Assembly: GCF_028641065.1 (NCBI RefSeq) | Contig: NC_073411.1 | Coordinates: forward strand, 14,074,001 to 14,138,000 | Direction: 5' to 3' | Source of the DNA: Leucoraja erinacea | Taxonomy: Eukaryota | DNA: 64,000 bases | Shown here: piece after piece, positions 1-12,900 of the stretch | How the letters are laid out: each line of letters starts with the position of its first letter | Numbering within the stretch: position 1 is the first letter of the stretch | The notes under the pieces: model-generated | What the model was told of the DNA's origin: nothing | Database searches by the model: none | What the model saw: only the letters and a program-made list of their open reading frames with translations | Translations under genes and position numbers: made by a program

Positions 1-991
1 GACCAATCTTTGGACACGATAACCTTCGACGACAACACGGTGAGGGAAGCTTTAAGACATAAACACTCGAGGCGAGACATCTATCGTGTACACCTTCCTC
101 ATCTGAGGACTGATAAATCTTTTTTTAAGGAAATCTTTGAGGAACCAGCAGACAAGGTCTTGGCTAAACATTTCATACTGAAGTCTGCATTCCTGTCTTT
201 GGAATCATTCCTCAGCATGGTCCTGGTCCATCAGAGTATTATTTCGTGCTAAAATCTCTGGACCAGAAATTGAACTATAATCATCTGAAACAAAGGCATG
301 AGTGACACTGACTGCCAAATGATTTTAAAGGGTCTCAACTCACTTATCAATTCCTTCTTTTCTGTCGAACTTATCAGGCTTACAAAATGTGGACTTTTGC
401 TAACCCCATCCCTGTCAAACCAAATTCTGAAAATCTGCTCAGATCTTACTTTACACATTTGTTGCTATTTATGACACAGATTTATGTCACAAAGTTTTAA
501 ATTGTACTTTGAGTCTAGCAGTCTATCAATCTTACAGTCAGGTTTGAAGAAATTGCATCTCAAATGGTTCATTTTGGTTAGGATCAACTGCAGAGACTGG
601 TAGCAAAGATGAAAAAGTAAGATGAAACGTGGAAAAATAAAACAGTGGATAAGAATAGCCCACTAATTTGAAAATTTAATACCTTAAAATATCAGTCTGT
701 ATGAGCAGGATAAAATAACGTAGTAGCAACTTGGTTGTTACATTACTGCATTTAGTAACCCAGAAAATTATAGTCATCAGTTGACCCTCAGCAATATGGG
801 AGCTGGATGCAGATATTTTTGTAAATCATCCACAAGTTGATCAGCACATCAAGTCACGTCAGCCTGGCAATCCACCAGACAAAAAACTCCAATGTGACTT
901 ATAAATGAAGGACATTGTTACTTTTACAAAATCTATAGTCGATGTTGGAAGTGCTGTATTGGCAGGGGATATTAAATCCAGAAAATGGTTT

Positions 992-1147
992 TCACGTTAA
1001 CTTCCTGGGCTGCAGATGTTCCTTCAAAGTTGGATGGTCTGTCACCAGATCATGAGGTGCTCTGGACCTTCTGTCCTTTATTGTCCTTAGAGCAGGATTC
1101 TCCTTGAGCAAAACATCGCACACCTCCTGATGACCCCTTTCTGCAGC
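992..1147 (-). CDS. ANKRD39: ANKRD39 terminal coding exon
   Basis: ttttatccacag|GCT GCA GAA AGG GGT CAT; encodes [29 protein letters not shown]; stop at 992-994. Confidence 0.92.
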   Translation of the reverse strand, partial: AAERGHQEVCDVLLKENPALRTIKDRRSRAPHDLVTDHPTLKEHLQPRKLT

Positions 1148-4100
1148 CTGTGGATAAAAGACATATTGCTTGTAAAGATAAGTTTAATTTCACTCAAAAA
1201 GCCACCTTCTATGCATGGACTTGGCTAATGTAAATTGATGATCTGGGGAAGCAGAGTGGGAGATTTGCTAAAACAGATCAAGAAGAATATTCCCTGAAGT
1301 ACACAGACCTCCATTAATATCCAAGATGTTTCTTGCATCTGATGAAAGATTTTGAATCTGAAGCTTTAACTGTTTCTCTTTCCCCATTTATTCTTATTTC
1401 AGATTTTCCAGCACCTACAAATCTTTGATTTTCATGTCTTCCACATGCTCTTCTAAATTAGCACAAAGCTCAAATTAGCCCTATAACCCAAGCAGCATTC
1501 TAGTAAATCTCCTCTGCACCCTCTCGAAAGCCTCCATATCTTTCCTGTGTAATGGGACAAATCGAACTGCATGCAATATTCCAAATGCGGCCTAACCAAA
1601 GTCCGATAGAGCTGCATCATATTATTGGATGTGCATACTTTGTTTTAACCAGTATAAAGATCTGCTTACTGAATCCCTTATGTTGCAATAAGGATAAACA
1701 AAAAGCTTGCATGTTTGCCTATTATTAAAATATGCTATTGCGGCAAGAAACAGCTTGCAGCTCCACCAAGTGGCCGTATCCATGACATTCAGAATTATAT
1801 TGCACATTTAACAGACAAAAACATCCTAAGTCACAAACGGAAACATATTCAACAAAATCTGACATTGATCTATGCAAGGAACCTTCAGGGCATATTACAT
1901 GTAAGTTGGTTAAAGAGGTAGATTTGGAAAAACATCTTGGGAGGAAAAAGACAAAAGGTCTAGGGAGGGAATTCCAGAGCTTGGGCCTTGGACATTTAAA
2001 TATATCAAAGCAGCCAGCATCATTATTACCCCATCAGGATAGAGGAATTTGCAGATATAGAGAGAGACTAGGCCGCAAAGCGATGTGAAAACATGGTTGG
2101 CAACTTGAGGTACTGCATAACTAGGAGCCAATAAATGGCAGCAATGAGTGAGTCAAGCCTAGAGGCAGCACTCTAGGGGGGTGGGGAAGAGGACCAAAAT
2201 TAATTAACCTCGACCACAACGTCTGCTGTAACTCTAAACATGACACTGCTTTAAAAAAAGACTAACGAATGACAGCAGAATATGGGCTGACAGTAGCATC
2301 ACCGTATGTACCTTGTGTAGAGGAGTTGCGCCGTCATCATCTGTGATAGCAGGGGTGGCTCCATAGGACAGCAGCAGCTTGAGCACAGGGAGGTGGCCAC
2401 AGTAGGCAGCTCTGTGAAGTGGAGTTGCCCCTCCTTTAGTCTGAGCATTACTGTTTGCTCCATTCTTCAGCAGATACTCGCAGATCTTATAATCACCACG
2501 GCGACTGGCATAGTGCTTTGAATAAAAGTACAGAGATAATTTGGACGGAGTATTCAGTGGAAATATAAATCTTCCTGCCCATAATTATCTTCCCCTTTCT
2601 ACTGAATCTACTAGTTTTTTAAATAAATGATAAACCCACATGACCTATCCTTCCCATGATGTCTCCATGAAAGAGACCAATAGTTGGTTGTTCCAACTGT
2701 TCCACAGACTATGGTAAATGTATCCAATACAGGAATTATCATTCCCTTTTGAAAGTGACTTGTTTAGCTTCCCCCATGCCTGCAATCCAGACACTTACAT
2801 TCTTCTTTAAAACCTTCCAACTTGCATTAGTTCAGAGAAAAATCTTTCTTCCCTACAACTGCACTCTGTGCCATGTGCAAAATGTATGTCATTTTCTCAT
2901 CTAACCTATCGTGAGAGCACTTCTCAGGCACCAAGGGGGCAAGGACAGCAGGCTGATGGGAATATCGTGAGTTATATAGTATGGAACAGGCCATTCAGCC
3001 CAACACATCCATACTAACCAATGGAAATATCTGGACTTGAAAAATAAATTGCTGTTCCTTCTCCATTGCACAGCGTAAATACTGGAACACACTACCCAAA
3101 GCATTGCCCACATCCTGAACAAAACAAAAGGAAAAACTAGATAGACACAAAATGCTGGAGTACCTCAGCGGGACATACAACATCTCTGGAAAGAAGGAAT
3201 GGGTCGAGAGCCTCCTTCAGACCCGAAATTGCAGACCTGAAACATCACTCATTCCTCTCCAGCGATGCTGTCCGTCCTGCTGAGTTACTCCAGCATTTTG
3301 TGTCTATCTTCAGTGTTAACCAGCATCTTCAGTTCCTTCTTACAAAAGAAAAAACGTACATTCTTAATTCTATTGAAGCCTCCTGTTAACTGGTCCGCAG
3401 TGCTCGAAGGGGAACTCTAGCTTCTCTTCCTGGATAACTTCACTTCCTCATCTCTGAAACCATAGTGCAAAATCTTCACATGGTCCTCTAATGCCAATAA
3501 CATGCTTCCAATAGCGCGATGTGTGGAATTAGTAACAATATTTCATCTCAAAGCTTTTTTTTTTAAATAAAAGTTGAGGATAACCTTTTTGCTGTCATAC
3601 TCAATGATTTCATTAATAAAACAAGGGCTGCAAATGCTTTTCTGAACAATCTTCTTATCCTTTCTCGTCCTTTTGCAGAGATTCAAGTAAAAGCCCTGGG
3701 ACATGATCACAGTGAATGGTGATGCTGGCTCGAAGGGCTGAATGGCCTACTCCTGCACCAATTGTCTATTGACAGACATTCAGCTGGTTTTTCATGTCTT
3801 TGAGTGATCAATTTAAAAATAGCATGGAAAGGTTAACCTGGATGAAAAATACCTTCAAAGAAAACTTGAGGAACAAATGTTTACCCTGCCAAAATAATAA
3901 TGAAAGAGCAATTTGCAAAACATTCTGGGGGAGCTCCACCAGGTGACTCATGGAATTTCTATTCTAAATGGATTATATATTTAAAAATCATGATATAAAT
4001 TGGATGCAAATGTGTTGTTTTTTTACATCACATCCCCAAGATCAGAATTGCTCTGACTTTCCTCAATTACTTTTTTAACTGTCTGTCCAAAGATAATACT

Positions 4101-5581
4101 TCACATCCCCTCCACCATCAAATCACTCGACTGTGAGTTAAATTAGTTTACAATGAAGATCACCTTGTAAAGTATTAGCTCACCAACGCTGTGTAGCCCG
4201 ATCGATCAGGTGAATTTGGATCGGTCCCTTTTTCCAGAAAATTCTGCACCCTGCCGAGTTCACCATTACAGGCTGCTGACCAGATGCCTACATCAAGGGA
4301 AGAGGAAATATTCAGGCAGGTAATTTCCCAGTTGTATATCGAATAGAACTTACTCCATGTAACTCTCCCATTGAACAATGTACACTTCCTGCCCAATTGC
4401 AAATTAGCTACAACCACATGCAACAAACTCCACGACCTAAACAGCCTGCTCCTAGACTGCTGAGGACCATACAATCTCCCCTCACCCATGATGCCTGTAA
4501 AGTTGCTTTATATTTATATTGCTGACTAGAGCCTTGATAGAGAGAACTTTGGCCTGGGAGAGTGTGAAACAGTCGTTTTACTCATCTTGACAATGGATTT
4601 ACAGCATTATTGGTATCTCTCCAGCGCTTTGAGGTGTCTGTTGTTTGAAGGACGATCACTGCTGCCTAGTGAACCATGGGCTAGTGAAAGCTGTGGGCTT
4701 TGGATTAGAGGCCTTGATCTTGGCAATTCTCTTTTTCAGTAAAACTATGTTTTCTCAGGCGGATAATCGCTTACTCAAGTGGACACAGAAGATTCCAAAG
4801 AACTATTAGGTAGACACAAAATGCTGGAGTAACTCAGCAGGACAGGCAGCATCTCTGGAGAGAAGGAATGTGTGACCTTTTGGGTCGAGACCCTTATTCA
4901 GACTGATGTCTCGACCCAAAACCATCCCCAACCCGTCTCCCATTACTTCTCTCCAGAGATGCTGCCTGACCCGCTGAGTAACTCCAGCATTGTATGTCTA
5001 CCTTCGATTTAAACCAGCATCTGCAGTTCTTTCCTACACAAAAAAAAACATTAGATGAGAAAGAGGGGATTTGGTGCTGCCGTGGCCAATATTTATCTCT
5101 CTAATATCCTCAGAGGTACAGCATGCCTATGAAACAGCCAGGAATATTCTGTGATTCACAAAATGAAAGTGAAAGTTCTACCTTTAATTCAACATGCATA
5201 TGTAACCGTGTAGATACGCTGCCCACCCACAGAGGGAATGTTGAGGAGAAATCAATGCAATGTTTGACGCTGTCAACATTACTGATATACTGGGCGAGGT
5301 GGGAGATTGTAACCTTCATGTTGACCGCCCTGTTTTGACGAACGCAACCAACCCGGCGTGCACAATCAAATAAGATCAAATAGAACAAGTTGTCCTACAA
5401 CTTTAGGCTGTGCACGCCATGCGCAAGAAGAAGATATACTGGACCACTGGGGGAGTCAAAGCTTGAATGGTTTTGTACCTCTGTCAAAATCCATTTCCTC
5501 TAATGTCTGCTGTACACTTCTTGGGACTGAGGAGTCAATAGAACAGCAGGTACAATCCAGACTATGGCTAGCCGAGGCCAT
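992..5581 (-). CDS. ANKRD39: Ankyrin repeat domain-containing protein 39; exons 5479-5581, 4184-4287, 2312-2515, 992-1147; 188 aa
   Basis: Spliced translation [92 protein letters not shown].. matches recalled vertebrate ANKRD39. All introns are GT-AG; 103+104+204+156 = 567 nt, ending in TGA. Confidence 0.95.
2312..2515 (-). CDS. ANKRD39: ANKRD39 coding exon 3 (ankyrin repeats)
   Basis: aag|CAC TAT GCC ... CAC AAG|gtacat; two ankyrin TPLH motifs. Confidence 0.95.
3141..3345. mobile_element. Inverted pair of Penelope-derived short repeats
   Basis: agacacaaaatgctggagta.. and its reverse complement ..tactccagcattttgtgtct flank a short spacer. Confidence 0.75.
4184..4287 (-). CDS. ANKRD39: ANKRD39 coding exon 2
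   Basis: tag|GC ATC TGG ... GCG TTG|gtgagc; encodes [35 protein letters not shown]. Confidence 0.93.
4808..5040. mobile_element. Inverted pair of Penelope-derived short repeats
   Basis: Same family in head-to-head arrangement, forming a ~200-nt hairpin. Confidence 0.75.
5290..5432 (+). mobile_element. 3' end of RTEX-like LINE with (AGA)n tail
   Basis: Ends ..gcgcaagaagaaga, the same tail type as the 57334-57985 element. Confidence 0.5.
5479..5581 (-). CDS. ANKRD39: ANKRD39 coding exon 1
   Basis: ATG at 5581; encodes ..[13 protein letters not shown]; donor G|gtac; upstream acceptor ctcttgcag near 5615. Confidence 0.92.
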
Positions 5582-6282
5582 GCTTCTGGTTGGAAGTAGA
5601 CCAGCAAAGACGAGCTGCAAGAGAAATTTACTATTACTATTTAAGCTCCACCCAGGTCCCTTCCAATCTTTCTGTAGCTGTTCCATCGCTCTTCGGCTCC
5701 TCATTAAAACCATCTATACTTACACCCTCTGGTAGACAGTTCTAAATCTCTGTTGGTGAAGATATTTTATGAAATCCCATTTTTATTTATTTGAGATCAC
5801 CTTTAAGCTCGTTATTCGCCACAATCGAGGAAAGGTTACGGAAGGAGAGTGCTTACCCCTTTCAATTGGCTCGTTCAAAACCCCGCGCCGATCTTTTCCC
5901 CGCAACCTGGTCGCTCGCATTCCCTCCGGTAAATTCATCTTCTCGACCGGTGACCCCAAAAACAAAGCGGAGTAAAAAGGTTCTACCTCTGGCCACGACT
6001 GACTGGGTCTTCAATAGTTGACCATATCCAGACTTTAAACGTTTTCACCATTGATACTGACCGGTCTATAGTGTCCTTTCGCTTGCATTTTCTGTTGTTT
6101 TTAAATTATTTCGACACAATCTTTAAAAAGACTGGGTCGATGGACTTGCCAGGGGACTCGTCTGATAGTTCCTCGCCAACATTTCCACTCTTAGATTCTA
6201 GATCTTCTACACGTCACCACTTTGAAACCAAAGCTAACTGGTAGTGCAAACCTGTGAAACTATATACCTAACCGCTGACTGG

Positions 6283-6323
6283 GTCGTTACCAACGATTAT
6301 AATCTATAATCTTTGGTCGTTAC
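6283..6323. mobile_element. 25-bp hAT-like micro-element with 8-bp TSD
   Basis: GTCGTTAC-caacgattataatctataatctttg-GTCGTTAC. Confidence 0.7.
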
Positions 6324-6467
6324 TCAAACCCTAGAAGCAATATTAAAATTTAAGGACTGGAAAGACGTGCAATAAACTAAAGATGGCCGCAAAAACAGTG
6401 TGCACTCATGCAGACAAACCCTGGTGAGTCAGCACTCCCTATACCACCAATGTCAGCAATAACAGCC

Positions 6468-6514
6468 GTTTGAACCAAAGATCTTAGAGCTGCTCCAGGA
6501 TCTTTGGTTTGAAC
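6468..6514. mobile_element. 31-bp hAT-like micro-element with 8-bp TSD
   Basis: GTTTGAAC-caaagatcttagagctgctccaggatctttg-GTTTGAAC. Confidence 0.75.
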
Positions 6515-6554
6515 TCGGACTATTTCTCAGGACAAACACCTCCATTTCACTCAC

Positions 6555-6730
6555 CTCTTGAAAACACAAAGGTTCACGATGTAACTAACAGTAAAGATAC
6601 AACCAGGTCGGCAGCCAATCCGAGCGGAGGGGGAAGGAACCGAAGTGTATCCAAATTGAAATGTCTGGATTGCTCCAGAGGCGAAATTCGTGATCACGTT
6701 TCCTTGCGGTCGCGACGAATTGTTTTTGAT
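6555..6730 (-). promoter_or_regulatory. Probable ANKRD39 non-coding first exon and promoter
   Basis: Strong minus-strand donor GAG|GTGAGT at 6555/6554; local CpG enrichment (6600-6720), a CCAAT near 6615 and a TCGCGA palindrome near 6710. TSS not determinable. Confidence 0.5.
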
Positions 6731-7285
6731 TAAATGTATCTCAATTAAAAAAATAAAAGTTCACCAATCAATACTTTCCATGTCAATCTTGTATGTGAAC
6801 ACCAGATGGCGTAAAACATTGGTATTTGGTTAGGGTTCAAACATAAATCACAATTTCAATGGTCTCGACCCAAAACATCACCCATTCAATTAACTTCTAA
6901 TAGGCAGAGTCGATCTTTTATCAGTCCGGTTGAATCTCAATCTCCCACCAAGTCAGTTTGCTGACAAACGTTCAATCCGGCTTCTTCTCGAAATACTTAA
7001 AGGATTTCTGTTTTTAAATGGTTAGATCTCAGGTATTATTTCATGCTCTTATCTTCAACAATGCAGTTCTGACAGCAGTTCTGACAGCATTGCAATTGTA
7101 GTGGTTGCTAGACCAATATAATTACTGATGAGGTGAACTTGGTGGAAAGCCACAAATGTATTTCTGGCCGTGACAGAGATCATGTGAAGAGGAGTAATGC
7201 TAGAATAATCTGGGTGGCTTTCAACAACCCATTGTATTTGCCACCACCGCATAATACCATAAAAAGAGGTGGCAGGAGATGACAC

Positions 7286-7705
7286 TAGTTCAGTTTATTG
7301 TCACGTGTACCAAGGTACAGTGAAAAGCTTTTTGTTGCATGTTGACCAGTCAGCAGAAAGACTATATGGTTACAATTAGGCCATGCAAAGCGTACAGATG
7401 CATGATAAAGGGAATAACACTTAGTGCAGGATAAAGTCCCTCAAAGTCCGATTATAGAAACATAGAATAATAGGTGCAGGAAAAGGCCATTCGGCCCTTC
7501 ATCAGTACCTGTTCCTGCTATCTTCCCATATCCCTTGATTCCTTTAGCCCTAGGAGCTAAATCTAACTCTCAGAGGGTCAGAGGGTGCTGGTGGCCTTGC
7601 CAAGGCAGCTTGAGGAGTAGATGGAGTCAATGGAAGGGAGATTGGTTTGTGTGATGGTCTGGGCTGTGTCCACAACTCCCTGCGATTTCTTATCGTCTTG
7701 GATGC
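7286..7705 (-). mobile_element. LINE 3' fragment with nested CR1 tail
   Basis: gtttattgtcacgtgtacc.. end also seen at ~47233; CR1 tail atagaaacatagaa at ~7453. Confidence 0.55.
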
Positions 7706-9786
7706 GCAAGGAGTTCAGACTTGGGTTGTGGTAACATGCTCATTAGAGCGAGGTGGGAGGGTGCGGGTGATGGAGAGGTTGGGACGTTTGGGAGTTCAAA
7801 GTTTACATGAGCACGTAATCTAGGCTGACATTTCAATGTAGTGCTGAGGGAGTGCTTCCCTGTTAAATATAATCTGTTTAATTAGTTATTAAAATTTCCC
7901 TCTAAAGTAATTGTAGATAATTCCATGGCACTAGTTTGAATCAAATGGATGTTCCCGTTGGCTTGGCTAAATTTGAATCTCCTAACCAACATGACAGTAC
8001 TCAGATTATTTGATCATTATCTCATTGCTGTTCACAAAATGACTGCCCTCCAATTCTAAAGTGTCTAGATTTCTAAAATACTTAATTGGTTTTAGAGCAC
8101 TTTCAGATGTCCCGAGTTTGTGAAAGATGCTATATTAAAATTCAAGCACAAGAGAAAATTCTGTATTTAAAAGGTGCTGCTGTAAAACCAGCAGAGACGA
8201 AACAAAGCAAAACATGGACATTCCCTTTTCCTTTATACTCACACCCTTTAGTTAGAAGGTTCCAGGTTGAAGCTCGACTCTGGTATGTGATCGAGTGACT
8301 GTGGTTGACCAGCATTGGGGAAAGGGGGTTATTGTTACATAGTTGTAATTGAGACATTAAACAAAGACCGCAGATACTACTATCAGGTTGATATATTAGA
8401 TTCTGCATCACAATTCAAAAAACAGTAGATTGTCCTGGTCAACAACCCATCCTTGATTATTACCACACAAAAAACTGCCACTTGTTTCATTTACAGTTAA
8501 GTGGGACTTTGCTCATTTATTTTCCTGTTCAATAGGTATTGCACTTTAGAAATAATTAGTTGTAAAGCGTTCTGGGCTGTCCAAGGACCCAACTATAGAA
8601 ACAATTAATCATAGAGACACAAGAGACTGCAGAGACTGGAATCTTGACCAAACACAAAGTGCTGGAAGAACTCAGTGGGTCAGGCAGCATCTCGGAGGAA
8701 ATGGACAGTGTTTTAGGTCTCCCAACCAGAAATGTCATCTGTCGCCTGTCCATTCCTTCCAACAATGCTGCCTGAGAAAATATTCTTCCAGCACTTTGAG
8801 TTTTGCTAAATTCAGAATGGCTCTGTCCCCACTGCCTGCTGTTCAGATACTGTATGCTATGACTAGAACCACTCACAAGAAATAATACAAAGGATTTAAC
8901 TTTTATAATTTTACTGTAAAATTTAAATTTCCTAATTTTACTGTTCGGACAGTAACATTTTAGAAAACGAAGCAAAATAAAAAGCTGCAAATGTTGGAAA
9001 ATTAAAATGTGAACAATTCTGAAAATACGCAGCAAGTCAGATTCTCACTGAACAGGTAGCATCAATGGAGTTAAAAAAAAAAAGTTTCTCTTCCCACCGA
9101 TGCTGCCTAACCTACTGAGATTTTATTAGTATTTTCAGCTTTTATTTTACATTTCAGAATCTGTCCTTCCCTGCCAACAATGATTCATGGCAAACTCCAA
9201 CTTGAGAGTGCCAAATGGCTGCCAGTGTGTCCAGAATGATGGTCTCTGCTCAGATAAGGGCTCCTGCAATTCGATCTGTGTCCTTGCAAACTATGCAGCA
9301 AATGTGATGCGAGGTATATTTTTCTTTGGATCTTTATCACAAGCATGTAAGCCACCACCAGTCAATCTTGAGCTGAGAAAATGGAAGCCAAATAAATAAG
9401 GCATGTTTCCAGTTTACAATGATCCTTGGAAGTTCTCCTCAATCTGTGCAAGTTGTTGACAGCCTCCCAGGCAATTGGGAAAATGCTAATTCAAATGTTT
9501 ATATGATTAATCTTTTAAATACTGTGATGCGTTTTCATAGTCAAAATTGAACACTGCGTTGAGCTGAAATTGCACAGGGTTTAACACGTCAAGAAGTTTG
9601 AAACTTAGGTCCACAAGTCTTCTGTCCAAGGGTTCCAAATCTGTGGCGTTTCAGCCACTCTCATTCACCTTTAAAACAGACCTTCCAGGGTCTCCTTTGC
9701 GTTCCCTTTGAACGCTGCCACCGAACCTTCGTTTTGCTCTCTACCTGCACAGGAGGTAGAGGTGGAGACTGCATGAAGTCGGGATA

Positions 9787-9995
9787 TCAATGTACATTGA
9801 TGGTGGCTAGGGAGGGACTGAGTTCCATAGTCTGTTCCAGAGAGGATTGCTGTTCTCTATATTCAATGTGTCCATTCCGGTGGTGACCATACTCAAACTT
9901 AATCCTCATTTCTCCAATCTTTGATTTAGGCAAAATATCTGGGATCCATTCAATTATAAAAGGAGTAGGTGCTTTCTGGTCGGGAGACATATTCC
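9787..9995 (-). CDS. C2orf42: C2orf42 terminal coding exon
   Basis: cag|GG AAT ATG TCT; encodes [27 protein letters not shown]. Confidence 0.94.
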
Positions 9996-12900
9996 CTGGA
10001 TGAGAATAAAAGTTTCACAGTGAAATTCACAAAAAGGACAAATTAACATAGCTTTAATCAAAAATCTGTTCCACATCTTATTTTATCCTCAGGCATACAC
10101 TGGCCAAAAAGGTTTTTAACAAGCTTTTATTAAGTTCTATTTATTTGATTTCTCCTGGAGGAATGACAAGAAAGAGTAGTCCAGATATGCCAATAGACTC
10201 TCCGAATAGAACTAATTCACAAAAAAAAAAAATTAACAGCAGTCATGAATTAAGGAACAACGGCAGCATTAATATTCACCTTCAGATATTAAATGTAGAA
10301 GCACCCGAACATCAGTCACCAGCAGATATACTCACCTACTCTCAGGAAGGTCTTAAGTTCCAGTGGTCGAATAGTTGGCTGCTTTTCCATCCGACTGTAA
10401 GCCTCAGCAATACTTTCAACCTGAACCTTTGGGCACTTGAACAACTCATAAGTGCCATCACGGTTTTCAACAAAACTGCGGGTTATCTCCAATGGCATCT
10501 GTAAGACAGAAAGATTGGAAGAATTGTTAGCAGTCTCGAGAGCCATTTTCTGCTGTGCACAACTTTAATTAGATTAATACAATGTTAGCAAACTAAAATG
10601 TTTGTCTCCCAAACTTTCGAGTGGGTGATTTAAAAAAAATGTAATTTACCTAAGGCAGTGTTTTTGTTTTGCATTTCATTTGCATGATCACCTGTTTCAG
10701 ATATTCTGAAGAAGGGTCTCGACCCGAAATGTCGCCTATTCCTTCGCTCCATAGATGCTGCCTCACCCACTGAGTTTCTCGCCTTTTTGTCTACCTTTAA
10801 TCTCATTACTACTGTGCAGTGCAGAAAATGGCACTTGGGACTGGTCAGTTAGAAGTTTATGATTCAACTTTTATTTGAGTGACTCGAGTACAAAAACCTA
10901 TTCTGACACACCAAACCAATACCGAGGGCTGCCAGAAATAAAGATTGGATACAAAATCACGAGAGAGTTATATCTCTGTGTCGTGGCAATATTTACCCTT
11001 CCAAAATCACAAATGACTCTTTGATTGTTGCCACATTGTGTTTCATGGATCTTGCTGTGTACATATTGGCCAAAACATTTTCTACATTACAACAACGCCC
11101 ACACTTCAAAAATACTTTGTTGGCTGCATTGCATTATATAAATACGTCTTTTTTTCCAAAATTTGTCATCATATGGAATGTACTTCCAATTTTTTCCCCA
11201 CACGTAATAGAAACAGATTCAGTAGTTACTTTCAACAGTGAGTTGGATAGATACTTGAACAGAAAACCTGCAAAACCTGCAAAGAGGGAAAGATCTTTGC
11301 TTTCACAGAATCCGCACAGACCAAAATGGGCCGAATGGCCTCTTCTATGCAGTATGATTCCATGACCAGTACATAGACCATGACAGCTCAATCAGTAAAT
11401 AATTAAGCTATGTAAGATATACATTCTTATCTCCTCAGAAAGTGAAAATTCAAGGAACGGCATTCACTCCTGAGATCAAGGTTTGTTTTTGTTCAGGGCG
11501 GTTATTGTTAGCACAAGAAGACACCAAAATGCTGGAGTAACTCAGCGGGACAGGCAGCATCTCTGGAGACAAGGAATGGGTGCGTTTCGGGTCGAGTCCT
11601 TCAGACTTTGAACCAGCATCTGCAGTTCTTTGCCGCACATATTGTTAGCACAATGCAGATTTCAACCATCTCTCTTTTTCAATTCCCCCCTCCCCCACGA
11701 TCCCATTTTTAGAACCACTTCTGAGAGATGTAATACCTACCTCGGGGATATCAAATATCTGTTTGATATGAAGAACATTTGTGATCTGCCAGGTGTACTT
11801 GGAGAACGTTCCCAGAGGTAATGCATCCTTACGAACAAAACCTGAATTCAGGTTACAAACAGACAAAGGGAAAGGAAAGATAGTTAATTTCTCCTGCTAT
11901 TTCCTGAGCCCCCACCAAACCAACCTCACCCCATGGCAGAAGTTAGTGATTTAAAACCAACTGTTCAATATGTAACTTCAAATAAGTAAAGGTCTCAGTG
12001 GTTGGTCTATTTCTCCCTTTACCCTTCTCAAATCTATTTTGTTCTATTACAAGTTCTATGTTTTCCCCGCATACTATAACCAAGATATAGTCCTGGGGTC
12101 TGGTCTATTTTCAAGCTAGTATTCCACAATTGTCTCTAATGCATGATAGAGCATTTTGCATTACCTGTGGTGGAGTTAGGAAGGCGTTTCTTTTTACTTC
12201 CCATGGAAATTCTCTGCTGCAGAGCATCGAAGAAAGCCTGAGGGACGTGGAACACCAACGGCTCAGGTTTGCCTGCATTAACAACAACCTGCATTGAAAT
12301 TACACCCTTGATAACGTGAACTACAGCTTTCAATCATGCAGCACCTGAAACAACAACTTGCATGTATAGTTCTCCTTAATGGCGTAATGTGTTTGCAAGG
12401 TTTAACAGAAATTTAATCAATCCAAATAAATCTTTTGACATCAACCCAAAGGAAGGCACCTTAGCGTAAGTGACTGACAGTATGGTCAATGAACAAATGG
12501 CTTGAGAGACAGCTCCCGAAGTGAGTGAAAATTATTGCTGTAAACACACAAAAGAGAAAAAGAGTCAGAGTTTTTTTTAAATTGTGTGTTGATGTAGAAA
12601 ACGTTTAAAACACATCCCTTTCCTTCGCTCCATAGATGCTGCCTCACCCGCTGAGTTTCTCCAGCACTTTTGTCTCCTGTCCTTAGAATCTCTGAATGAT
12701 CTCTGAGTGAATGATATATGAAACCAACATGCACATAATTTTGTGCAGCTTGGAAAGATCATGTTATGAAAAAGAATATTGGTGAATCACATCGGGTGCT
12801 GGTTAACACTGTCAAGGTTACTACTAAAATGCAGGAGCATTTTGAGAGGATACTTGTTGAAGACAATATTCCCCAAATGTTCTGATATATAATGAACTTT

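Noticed and set aside
1-460. ORFs 10..252 (+) and 249..458 (-), and an acceptor-like ctttgtttcag near 285 (-)
   Set aside because: No recognisable protein and no phase-compatible link to ANKRD39. It could be UTR or part of a neighbouring gene but cannot be supported.
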